Shown here: in pieces, positions 51,176 through 63,134 of the stretch | Position numbering within the stretch: position 1 is the first letter of the stretch | Layout: every line of letters begins with the position of its first letter | From: Chiloscyllium plagiosum | Lineage: Eukaryota | NCBI RefSeq assembly: GCF_004010195.1 | Contig: NC_057718.1 | Span: 58,309,704 to 58,373,703 of the forward strand | DNA: 64,000 nucleotides | Direction: 5' to 3' | Notes under the pieces: generated by a model | Told to the model about the DNA's origin: nothing | Databases searched by the model: none | What the model saw: the letters and a program-made list of their open reading frames with translations, nothing else | Position numbers and translations under genes: made by a program

Positions 51176-51344
51176 CCATCTCTCTTTACTTGCCGTGCTC
51201 CCTTCAAAAGCTCATTTACACTCATATCTCTTTGCACTTGCATCCTCCCCCCCAGCCAAGAGGAATTGAAGGCAAGTGGTGAAGCCAAGGTGCTTTCTCA
51301 GAGAAAGGAGGAGGCTTCTCAGTAGGAGACCTTGTCCACTAAAG

Positions 51345-51622
51345 GGCATCGGATGTGGGTGTTGCTAGATGGGCCAGCATTTAGTACCTGTCCCTAATTG
51401 GTATGAACCAACCACATTGCTGTGGGTCTGCAGTCACATGTAGGCCAGACCAGGTAAGGACGACATAAGTGAGCTGAATGTTGATTGTTGGAAAATCCCA
51501 ATGATTTCCTGGTCATCTTTAGGGTCTTAATTCCATTTTTTAAAAATAGAATGGCAGGATTTGAACCTGGTTCCCCAGAACATTAACAGTCCAGTGGTAT
51601 TGATAATAGATCATCACCTCCT
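51345..51622 (-). mobile_element. Deleted copy of the SINE at 9408
   Basis: ccacattgctgtgggtctg..gtcacatgtaggccagaccaggtaagga. Confidence 0.78.
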
Positions 51623-51624
51623 CT

Positions 51625-52000
51625 TACATATGAACATATGAAATCAAAGTAGAAGTCAGTCATTTGGCCCCTTTAGCAAGCTTTACCATTCAATAAATGT
51701 ACGATTGCTTGCATTTCAAATTCCACATTTCTATCTACCCCTAAAAACCTTTGGTTCTAACAAGAACCAATCTACCTCCGCTGTAAAAATGTTCAATGAT
51801 CTCCACTGCCTTCTGAGATGGGGAGTTTCAAAGACGGATGACCTTCTGAGAGAAAGATTTCTCATCTCTGTTCAATAAAGGCAACTCCTAACTTTTAAAC
51901 AGTGTCCCTAGCTCTGCACTAATCCACAAGACTACACATCCTTTCTAGGTCTACTTTGTCAAGATTTTTCAGGAACTTGTATACAGCAAACAAATCACCA
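51625..52000 (-). mobile_element. Degenerate CR1 3' end
   Basis: GDLFAVYKFLKNLDKVD. Confidence 0.7.
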
Positions 52001-52284
52001 CTCAGTCTATTGGTGCAGAATCTTCCCCGGCCCTGGATGACAAGGGCTATGGTGAGAAAACTTGAATAATTGTGAGAGATGTTGTGCCAGATCTTTCTCA
52101 ATGTTAAGGCTTACAATTTGCATTTCCAACTGTGTCATGGACATCAAGATGAGATTCTTGCTGGTGAGAGGCTTATCAATAGACGTTGTTGCTCATTACC
52201 ACTCAGTTTCACTTCATTAAAATGCAGATTCTCATTCTCTCACCTATTGGGTAGAAACTAATATTAAGTGATAGGAACTAATAT

Positions 52285-52620
52285 GGGCGGCACAGTGGCA
52301 CAGTGGTTAGCACTGCTGCCTCACAGCGCCAGAGACCCGGGTTCATTTCCTGCCTCAGGTAACCGTCTGTGTGGAGTTTGCACATTCTCCCCGTGTCTGC
52401 ATGGGTTTCCTCCAGGTGCTCCGGTTTCCTCCCACAGTCCAAAAATGTGCAGGTTAGGTGAATTGGCCATGCTAAATTGCCAGTAGTGTTAGGTGAAGGG
52501 GTAAATGTAGGGGAATGGGTCTGGGTGGGTTGCTCTTCGGAGGGTCGGTGTGGACTTGTTGGGCCCAAGGGCCTGTTTCCACACTCTAAGTAATCTAATT
52601 TAATCTAACCTAATCTAATA
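52285..52620 (+). mobile_element. HE1-type V-SINE
   Basis: Full head, V-domain and (taatc)n tail. Confidence 0.93.
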
Positions 52621-53609
52621 TCAGCCACAAATTCCAAATGTACAACACTGACCGGGTACTTAAGAGCTCCAGCTCACTGCCTGCTCCTCTTGACCAACCT
52701 ACACTAACGTCTGAAGGTATGCGCCAAGGCAGCAGACGTAAGCACCTCAAGTCCATGGACATTGACATTTAACACATACCAGTTTCACTGCATCCTCCCG
52801 GCATATCCTGCAATTTAATGCTGCACTATGCACCACGAACTCTCATTGGAATGTTGCTGGAAGGATGCAGGGTCAGCTGCCCAGCTCATGGATTAGATCT
52901 GGCTGCATGTCAGGAAGGTCTGCTCACACTCCATGTGCACACTCACTTTGCCCCTATCTGGATCCTCACAGTATCCATGCCTCATCTTACCTTTTTGTGT
53001 TTTGTCCCTCAGCTAAATATTAAATGCGCACAGTGCTCCTATCTCCACATGCCTTTCAGCAAAATGCTCAACTCATTGCCATCTCAATCTTACAGCGACA
53101 GCATGTGCCAGTAGCAGCAGCAAACGCACTGTATGTACATCAACCAAATGGTCAGGTCTCAAACTTGAATCCTCATGTTCTCAGGCAAGGTGGGCTGCTA
53201 TCAATCAAGGGTACCATTTGCTCACAGTGGGGTGGACCACAGTCAGTGCGACAGTGCCAGTGCAAGCAGTCAGACAATTCATGGATGCAATCAGTTCAAC
53301 TGGAACTATCCATCCAAGTCGGTCAAGGGGACAGGCCACTGCAAGTCCTGGGAGTCAATGGAATGAATGTCAGAAGTGGGGGAGTTAACAAGGAATACTA
53401 TTGTGGGAGGGAAGTAGGCAAGACTCAACACTGTGGATTAGGGGCATCAATCTGCAATGTCGAAGAGACAAGGACGGTGCATGGAGGACATGGGATGCTG
53501 CAGGAGGTGGGGTTATCAGGTTCACCACAAGTGGAGTGTTAACTGAAGGAGTGCGTCTGTAACCATTGTGAGTTACGGAGGACCAAACTGTATGGATAGT
53601 GCTACACAC

Positions 53610-55231
53610 TGTTGGGTTTCTGGTTTGTGATCAGTAATTTGTTGATTTTGTTTTAGGAGGTTCGAATCCCCCCAGATCTCTAGTTCTGACACTGGACTTA
53701 TTTAGGGAATATCATGTGATAAAACAGGAGACAGATGTTTCAGGGGCAAAGCATCTCTGCATTTATTAAAAACCAAAAGTGAATATTGCCAGAAAATAAC
53801 AAAGGTGAATATATCACAAGAAAACAAAAGAAAAAGGCAAATTACAAGCAGTAGATTGACACAGTCAAGTACACCGGCTAGGACTAAAATATACTATTAG
53901 TCTAACACAAGTTATTTACTGTTACACACAGAACAGTAATATGATCTCAAGTACCTGAATAAAAAGACATTCCTGACCTCGGGATGCCCTATACCCTTGC
54001 CAACCCACTTCTCTCCTTCCTGCTAACTAGTTGGATTTTAGTGTCTCAATGAAACTGAGCTCACCACTGGAACAACACGATTGTGAAGTGCAGGTGGCTG
54101 GTCGCACTCGCCGTAGCTGGTGCTCTGTTGTGGACGTCGGACACTGTAGGCCCTCGGTCTGGGCTGTGTCCAGTGATGTGGCAAGACACATTTAGATCTG
54201 CCGGGTGAGCACTTCAATTCTTCTAATTTCTGGTATCTCTTGCAAGCGAGTTTTCCCTTAGGTGGTGTCTGAAGATGGCAATGTTGATCGGATTGGTGTC
54301 AGTGCTCTCCGGTGTCTTTGATTGTTGGGTCTGTGCTTCATAGACAACCAATAGAGGTTAGAGATGGCTGTGAGGATCATTCTTGGTGCAGTGATCCTTC
54401 TCCTGGTGGTAGGGGATCCTTCCCTCTTCTGTTTCAATCCCTTCAATCACCTGGGATCGGAGCCTCCAATTATACCAAATTACAGGCCTCTTATCTCCCC
54501 ACCAAATCTGGTTTTCTACAGTAGTTTTTTCGTTGTTTCTTCCAAGATGAATTGACCTTCCTGATTATAAATGTAGATGCAAATGTCTTTTCCATTAGGG
54601 TGAATAGAGAATTGATCTTCCTGCAGTTGTTGTGGCTATGTTCACTGAGCTGGGAAGTTGGTTTGCAGATGTTTCGTCCCCTCTGTAGGTGATATCCTCA
54701 GTGCTGAGGAGCCTCCTGTGAAGCGCTGCTGTACTGTGTCGGTTGGAATTGATTTGGTTTCATTCCTATTGCCTCCAGTTGCTGATTCCAATTGTTTATT
54801 CCAGTGGTCAGTATAACGGGGTCTAGGTCGATGTGTTTATTGATGATCTTCCTGATTGTTAGAGTAAGTGCAAATGCCCTTTTCCATTTGGGGTGAATAA
54901 GCTTCCTGATTGTATGGAATTCCCTGTGTTTACGTGATTGAATATCCATTGAAGTTGGAGGTCCTGGAATCTGTGCAGACTTCATGTTGTCTGAATTCAG
55001 TTTTTCATAAAGGTTAGTTCATTGTTCTTGTAGGGCTGAGGTGTGAATAGGTTTCCCCAGCTTTCAGACAAACTGTCCCTGGGACTGTATATTCCAGCAT
55101 AGCCCAGCTGCTGGGATTTTCTTTGTTAAATTTAATTTCAAAAAGTTCCAAGATTCTGGCAGAAGCCCAGTAACTTTAGATGGTAGGGAATCTTCTCAAA
55201 ATGGTTGAGATTTTTACTCAAACCTACAACA
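53610..55231 (-). mobile_element. Putative long solo LTR (about 1.4 kb without the nested PLE)
   Basis: Termini tgttgggttt..aaacctacaaca; minus-strand AATAAA ~53765; internal direct repeats; TSD not clean. Confidence 0.5.
54624..54843 (-). mobile_element. PLE family E fragment with hammerhead at 54665-54704
   Basis: INKHIDLDPV; 11-bp TSD tgatcttcctg at 54613 and 54844. Confidence 0.85.
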
Positions 55232-55524
55232 CCATAATCACAATGTCTGTGTGCTGTTTGCAGTATGTCCAATGGGTGCAGGGCAATGGGCACATGTCAT
55301 GATCACTATACCCACTAAAAGGTCTTGTTGTGCTCCTCTCCCATAATTTTCTTCAGATATGATTTAGTCATTGCTCACCTACACAGATATACTGGATGTC
55401 TTGTTTTTCGTGACTATAATAAACTGTAAACCATTTATTCATTTGTCCAATTTTTTTGTTTATGATTCAAATGAATATAATTCCACTAAGAGATCAGGAT
55501 CCAACTATCTATCTCTCTTCCTCT

Positions 55525-55840
55525 TTCTGTTACAACAGTAACTACAACTTAACTGCATTTAACTGCTTGTAAAACACTTTTGTAAGCCTGAGGTTGTATA
55601 AGATGCTATATTAATGCTTTTCTTTTTCTTCTGTTTTCTCTATTTATCTATTTCATCACATACAGATGCCACTCTCCAGAAGTCACACTTCGTTACAGCT
55701 TGGCTCAGCGGGTAGCAGTCATGCCTCTGAGCTACAATGTTATACACTCAACAGTCACTCCAGGAGTTGACTACATCCATTAACAGTGGCAGTAGCTGTG
55801 AGACATGACACGCACACTCAGTAGTATACTGACAGAATGA
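55525..55840 (+). mobile_element. Two DeuSINE-like fragments (tail 55525-55625, head 55700-55840)
   Basis: tacaacagtaactac..tgtaaaacacttt..gctatattaatgc; tggctcagcgggtagc..gcctctgag. Confidence 0.5.
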
Positions 55841-56571
55841 AATATGCTCACAGGAAGCAAGATAATCCTGAAGGGTGTGCTAGGAAGTCCCTTTGGATCC
55901 CTGCTGGAAATGTCTCATTCCTTGTCATTTTACAGCTATCCATGAGTGTTCAAGCAGCAGTCTGTCTGCCAAACATTTCTTGCTCATAAATATCTGTCAA
56001 ACTCACGGATTACAGTATTTAAAATGTTTTCAGCTGAAATTTAGAATAATAACCTGTTCCATTGCAGTTATAAAGGATTAGAATTCTTTTTACCAACAGC
56101 TGTTGTTTCAGATGTATATCATTTGTATCACAGACCTATTCACTTTGATGCACATAGCAAGAATTTGAGTTTAAATGAGGGGGGGATTCTCTCAAACAGT
56201 CTGTCTCAGTGGAGTTCTGTAATGTGGGTGAAAATGACAAATTGCTGATGGTGGATGCTAGTCACTAAACAACAAAATCTATATAGACTAGGCTACTTCA
56301 GTTGAAATGTTTTTGGAAGAAACACATTCAATCAGATATATTTGATAAGGGTTATTTTATAAAATCAAAACGATAAACTAATTCTTATAAAGTTATGATA
56401 ATTTTGAACATAATTATGAATTTCAAACTGTTAGAATTGTGAGGTCTATAAGATTATTGACGTTTTTTGACTATTTCTTTTGGTTTATTAGTTTATAATA
56501 GCTCTAAATGTAGAGTTAATGAAGCAGGTTGTGTGATCTATGCTAGAGTCTGCCTAAAAATAGATCTGAGT

Positions 56572-56685
56572 GAGAGAAACAGAGTTAATATTTTGAGCTG
56601 AAACACCATATCCTTTTCCGCAGATGCTGCTAGAGCTGCTGGGTTTTTCTTATATTTTCTGTTTTCATTTCAGATTTCCAGCATG
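56572..56685. mobile_element. PLE family C terminal fragment
   Basis: agagaaacagagttaa..cagatgctgctagagctgctg..ttcagatttccagcat. Confidence 0.65.
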
Positions 56686-58188
56686 CATAGGTATTTTTTG
56701 AATAAGTCTGAGTGGTTTATTTGTTAGATATCAAAGGGCCAAATTATTGTATTGAAAAGTTAGGTGCAAAGTATTTGTGCTTGGATTCAAAGATAGTAAT
56801 TTCTAAATCTACAATGAATTAACCAAGTCAACCAAAGTCCCCTGAGTGATTGCATATCAGATTATAAACAGTTATAGTATAAACTACTCCTTTTCTTCCA
56901 TGAAGAAAGAGTTTGCACCAACCATAACGGATTAGTATTTCAACCTAAAAACAAAATAATATGTGTCCAGATTCCATGGAAAAGAGGATAGGGGAAGCCA
57001 TTTTAAGATCAGGTTCCAGGTTTCCCTATAAAACCGGAATTTACAAACCGAGAGGGTTGTAGTTTAGTCTTGGAGACTTGGTGGCTTACGTAGTGAGCAA
57101 AAGATAGAACCAGTGTTGCACTTTATGTAGAGGAAGTACGAGCTTAAAATGTGAAATCTAGATGAGTCCTTCTTTCACCTAACATCTTGGAATTCAAATA
57201 TTTATGTATACTTATTGGGCTCTGCTGTGATTGTAACAAAATGTATTTTGACGAAATTATATGAAGCAGTTTAAGAAGTGATACGCAATGAAACATCTAA
57301 ATGGCTCGAGAAATCAGGCTGTCAAATTGATTTGACGTTTTAACAAAATTAGTCCAGAAATTTTAGAAATTGCTGTGCTGCCATTTTAACAATAATCATA
57401 TGTTTTGTTTAAAAATCCATTTATGTTAAAACAATGTAAGGTCTGATAAGTCAGGCTAGAAAAGTTTGATTAATGTTCTTAAAAATTAATTTACACAAAC
57501 CCATTTAAAAGATGAAAAAATCCTTTGTGATGTTAGCTTCCTCATTAAATATTCATAAATTGAAAGGAAGCTCTTTATATCCTGGAAATACTTGGGAAAT
57601 TTTCCAATTAGTGGTTATGAGCCCATACTCTCCCTTTTTCAATATTTACAGTTTAAATCTGCAGGGCAGCAATCAAAGTTGTTAGGCCTTAGAAATAACA
57701 GATTGTGCACTGCAGCTTCCGAGTTAAGCACTACTGGGCCTCTCCGACCTGCAATAATGGCAAATCACTTCTGTTGGTACTGCAGAATCAAAGCTTATAT
57801 ATTTAAGTATAACTTGTATTAAATATTTGTCTTATACCTGATCTTCAAACCTGAAGAATCAAAATAACTTGGTGAGTGCAACAGCCACTTGAAGCTTAGA
57901 AATGTTTGTGTCCTTTACTTTTACTTATTACTTAGCATGCGAAATAATGAGTAATAATATCACTATTATATTTCTGAAATTGTAAATTTTTTTTCTGACT
58001 TCCATTACCTGCATATAATGCTTTAAAATTTCATGTTGCTCTCACATCTTTGCTATTGAGGCATGTTTTGTGATCGGCTCCTCAGAATTTGAGAAAGGCA
58101 TGTCTTATTCATTGAATCAATGCTAGTAATCAGCATCATAAAATAGACAAGAAATAACATTCCCATGAAAAGACATAGCTTTTTAAAT

Positions 58189-58192
58189 TATA

Positions 58193-58232
<40 letters not shown>
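58189..58232. repeat. (TA)n microsatellite
   Basis: Directly visible. Confidence 0.95.
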
Positions 58233-58233
<1 letters not shown>

Positions 58234-58619
58234 ACAAAGCAGAATGGTTGGTCTTACATGCATGAACTTTTGTATGTCCTTCTTGATAATTCAACATTTG
58301 AGGCAAGATTAATAAATTGGCTAATATTTTAGCTTAGAGCTCATTGAATGCATGATTCTCAGCTTAACAAGTGTTTCAACAATATTAGAGCAGATGCTGA
58401 TTGATTGCTCAGTTCCGTGTCACTCGTAAATTATTCAGTCTGTTAGAAAACTCACAGTAAGACAATACTTACCTGTGAATGCACAAACAGAGAAAGGGCT
58501 AACTGTCCTTTTGATACATTTCTGCTGGGTATTAGGAGAAGATTTATCAGCTGGACAAATGCATTGCTGCAGTGAAATACTGAGGAATTTAAGAGATTGA
58601 TGTTATGAATGTTTCTTAA

Positions 58620-59299
58620 GCAATGCGAGGTGCTGCATTTTGGGAAAGCAAATCTTAGCAGAACTTAGACACTTAATTGTAAGGTCCTGGGGAGTGTTGC
58701 TGAACAAAGAGAAATTGGAGTGCAGGTTCATATCTCCTTGAAAGTAGAGTCGCAGATCGATAGGATAGTGAATGCGGCGTATGGTATGCTTTCCCTTATT
58801 GGTCAGAGTATTGAGTCCAGGTGTTGGGAGTTCATGTTGCAGCTGTAGGACATTGGTTAGGCGACTGTTGGAATATTGCATGCAATTCTGGTGTCATTCC
58901 TATTGGAAAGATGTTGTGAAACTTCACAGAAGATTTACAAGGATGTTGCCAGGGTTGGAGGATTTGAACTATATGGCGAGTTTGAATAGGCTAGGGCTGT
59001 TTTTCCTGGAGTCTCGGAGGCTGACGGGTGACCTCATAGAGGTTTATAAAATCAGGAGGGACATGGGTAGGATGAATAGAAAAAGTATTTTCCCTGGAGT
59101 GGGGGAGTCCAGAACTAGAGTGCATAGGTTTAGGATGAGAGGGGAAAGATATAAAAGAGACCTAAGGGGCAACTTTTTCACGCAGAGGGTGCATGGAATG
59201 AGCTGCCAGAGGAAGTGGTGGAGGCTGGTACAATTGCAACATTTAAGAGGCATTTGGATGGGAATATGAATAGGAAGGGTTTGGAGGGATATAGGCCGG
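58620..59299 (+). mobile_element. CR1 family A fragment truncated at both ends
   Basis: LLEYCMQFW..RRFTRMLPGL; stops inside the 3'UTR. Confidence 0.92.
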
Positions 59300-59364
59300 A
59301 TGCAGTGCACAATCTGTTATTTATAAGGCCTAACAACTTTGATTGCTGCCCTGCAGATTTTAAC

Positions 59365-62300
59365 ACCATAGCAGCAGAAATTAGGCCATGTGGCCCATCG
59401 ATTCTGCTCCACCATCTGATCAACCTTAGTTTTCCACTTTCTTACTATAACCTTTGATTCCGTTGGCAATCAAGAACCTATCTATCTACTCAAAGATCTG
59501 CCCTCCACAGCCCTCTGTGGTAATGAATTCCACAGGTTCACCACTCTCTGGCTAAACAAGTTTCTCCTTGTCTCCATTCTAAAGGGTCTTCCATTTACTC
59601 TAAGGCTGTGCCCTCGGGGTCCTCATCTCTCCTGCCAATGGAAATATCTTCCCAACATCCATTCTCTCCAGACCATTCAGTATTATGTAAATTTCAATCA
59701 GATCTTACATCATCCTTTTAAACTCTATCGAGTATAGTCTCAGAGTCCTTAAAAGTTCCTGTTTTGTTAAGCCTTTCATTCCTGACATCATTCTTGTGAA
59801 CCTCCTCTGGACCCAGTCCAGGGCCAAAACATCCTACCTGAGGTATGGGGCCTAAAATTGTAAACAATACTCTAAATGTGGTCTGACCAGAGCCTTATAA
59901 AGCATCAGAATTACATCCCTGCTTTTATATTTTTGTCTTCTCGAGATGAATGGCAACGTTACTGACTCAACCTGCATGTTTACCTTAAGGGAATCCTGGT
60001 CTAAAGACTCCAAAATCCCTTTGCACTCCAGGTTTCTGAATTTTCTCCCCATTTAGAAAATAGTCCTTGCCTCTATTCTTCCTCCTAAAGTGCATGACCT
60101 CACATTTTTCCACATTGTATTTCATCTGCCACTTCTTAGCCTAACTGGTCTAAATCTTTTGGAGGTCTCCCTACCTCTTCAATACAACCTGCTCCTCCAT
60201 CTATCTTTGAATCATCTGCAAACCTAGCCAGAATGCCCTCAGTTCCTTCATCCAGATCATTAATGTATAAAGTAAAAAGTTGTGGTTCCAACACTGACCC
60301 TTATGGAACACCACTAGTCACTGGCTTCCATTCTGAGAAGGACCCTTTTATTCCCACTCTTTGGCTATCTGGTCGATAGCCAATCTTCTATCTATGCAAG
60401 TACCTTGCCTCTAACACGATGGACCCTTAAATTACTCAGCAGCCCCCTGTACAGCACCTTATCAAAGGCCTTCTGGAAGTCCAGGGAGATAACATCCATT
60501 GAATCTCCTTGATGTAACCTCCTCTTGATGAAACTACACTGACTTGCCCCTATTGTACCATGCACTTCCAAGTATTCAGAAATCTCACCCTTCATAATGA
60601 ACTCCATGACTGAGGTTCAGACTAATCAGCTTATAATTTCCCATCTTTTGCCTTACTCCCTTCTTAAGTAGAGGGTTACCATTCTCAATTTTCCAGTCCT
60701 CTGGGAACCTCCCTAACTCCAGTGGTACCTGAAAGATCATTACTAAAGGCTCCACTACCTCTTCAGATTCTCCTTCAGAAGTTGAGAGTATAGCCGATCT
60801 GGTCCAGGTGATTTGTCCGCTTTCAGACCTTTCAGTTTTTCTAACATCTTCTCTTTGGTGATGGCCACCATACTCATTTCTGCCCCCCAACTCTCTTGAA
60901 TGTTTAGACTATTACTCGTGTCTTCAAGTGTGAAGACTGAAACAAAGTACTCATTCAGTTCCTCAGCCATTTCTTTGTTACCCATTACTAGTTCCCCAGC
61001 ATCATTTTCCAGCAGCTCAATGTCGACTTTGGCCTCTCTTTTGCCCCTCATATATCTAAAGAAACTCCTGCAATCTGCCCTAATGTTGCAGGCTAGCTCA
61101 CTCTCATATTTAATTTTCTCTTTCTTCATTGTCCTCTGTTGGTCTTTGTAGGCTTCCCAATCCACTAGCTTCCCACTGCCCTTCATCACATAATATACTT
61201 TCTCTTTTGGTTTTATTCTGTCTTCCCACTGCCCTTCACCACAAAATATATGTTCTCTTTTGATTTATGTCCATGACTTCCCTCGTCAGCCATGGTTGCC
61301 TCATTCACCCTTTGGTATGCTGCTTTTTCCTCGCCTTTTCCAAACACTCTGTCCTATTCTGTGTCTTGGAGACTTTAATAACCTCTCCTGAGTTCTTCTT
61401 TCTTTTCATTTTTTTCATATTTTTCAGTGTGGAATCCACCCTCAGAGATGTTAATCTGCAGATTTGCTTCCCATTGGTCCTTATACTTCTTGGAGTTTTA
61501 CCCTTCCCTTCCCCGCCAATTTCTAGTTTGAAGTCCTGTTGATCAGCCTATTTACCCTTTTCACTAAAACACTGGTCTCAGCTTAGTTCAGGTGAAGATG
61601 TCCCAGCAGTACAGATCCTTCTAGTTCCAATACAGATGCCAGTGCCTCATGAAAAGGAACTTCTCTTTCCCGCACCAATCTTTTAGCTGTTTGTTTACTT
61701 CCCTTATTTTCACGCCCCTAAGGCAACTTGCGCGTGGCTCGGGCAGTAATCTGGAGATTATGACCCTTGAGGACCTGTTCTTTAATTTAATTCCTAGTTC
61801 CTGGTAATCCTGAAATAGGTCCTCTTTCCTAGTCTTGCCTATGTCATTTGTCCTGATGTGGATCACAACAACTGGATCGTCCCCCTCCCTCTTAAATATT
61901 CTTTCAAGCCAGTCAAAGATATCCCACATCCTGGCACCGGGCAGGCAACATACCATGTGGGATTCTCGATCCCACTTACAAAGGAAACTATCCATCCCCC
62001 TACTTATAGAATCCCCTACAACTACCACCTGTCTCTTTGCTCCCCCCCTCTTGAATAGCCTTCTATACCATGCTGCCATAGTCAGCTGGCCCATCCTCCC
62101 TGCAGCTCCCGTCCTCATCCACACAGGGAGCAAATACATCATACCTGTTAAACATGGTCAAAAGCTGAAGGTCCTCTACCTAGATTCTTCTTCCTGCCTC
62201 ATTTGCAGTCACACGCTGCTGACCTGGCCACCGACTGGTTTTGTGATTCTTAATCTACCACGTACGACTGCTTCCTGAAACAAAGCATCCAGGTACTTCT

Positions 62301-62462
62301 CCCCCTGCCGAATGTGCCACAGTGTTTGAAGCTCAGATTTCAGCTTGTCAATTCTGAGCCAGAGTTACTCCAGCAACCAATACCAGCTGTAGATGTGATC
62401 AACGCACTTAGCAAAGGGATTAGCCAGCTCCCACATCATACAGCTACAGTACTTCATCTGCC
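59365..62462 (-). mobile_element. CR1 family B with large internal deletion (ORF1 esterase joined to late ORF2)
   Basis: VVVVGDSI..CCLPGAR..VVIHIRTND (61621-62142); LDFQKAFDKV; RPHLEYCLQF. Confidence 0.9.
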
Positions 62463-62464
62463 TA

Positions 62465-62605
62465 GTCATAGACTCATAGAGAAGTACAGCATAGAAACAG
62501 ACCCTTCGGTCCAACCCGTCCATGCCGACCAGATATCCCAACCCAATCTAGTCCCATCTGCCAGCACCCGACCCATATCCCTCCAAACCGTTCCTATTCA
62601 TATGC
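62465..62605 (-). mobile_element. CR1 family A 3'UTR fragment
   Basis: Matches 38060-38185. Confidence 0.88.
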
Positions 62606-63134
62606 CCACCCCATTTCTACTTCACTAACTAGCTAAACTAATTAACTAATCCTCCATTAATTAATCTCCCTGCCCACCACCCCAGAGTTAATGGTTTAAG
62701 GTCAACTACCCTGTGACATGTCCCTTGGCCCAAACTATCATCTCATCAAGTTTAGTTGAGTAGGTCCAAGGACATCAAAGGAGTTTGCCAACAAACATTC
62801 CATGCAGGTAAATCAGCATTAATAATAGAACAGTTTCCAGATCCTCTGAATATCACATTTCTACTCCTGTCCGGTCAATTCAGATTAATTGTGTAGAATT
62901 ATCAACAAGAATTCTGAATAGAAGTTCTCATTTTAAATACCCAACTATATATTAATCTCAAGTCTGTGGCCTAATCTTGTGGTTCGGTTGACATTGCAAG
63001 TTATTTGATTAGATTCCTGATATGATTTTTGTTTCATTCAGATTATACGTTTTTACTGTAAAAACAGTATTGATTTGGCAGGCAAGGATCTGACATCATA
63101 AGAATTTGTAATTATTTTCTCTTTTACTTTGTTC

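Noticed and set aside
52620..53600. ORF 53024-53542 or a possible Harbinger remnant
   Set aside because: Only vague motif resemblance; neither a gene nor a family could be supported
61170..61266. About 53-bp tandem duplication inside CR1-B
   Set aside because: Ordinary local duplication in a dead element
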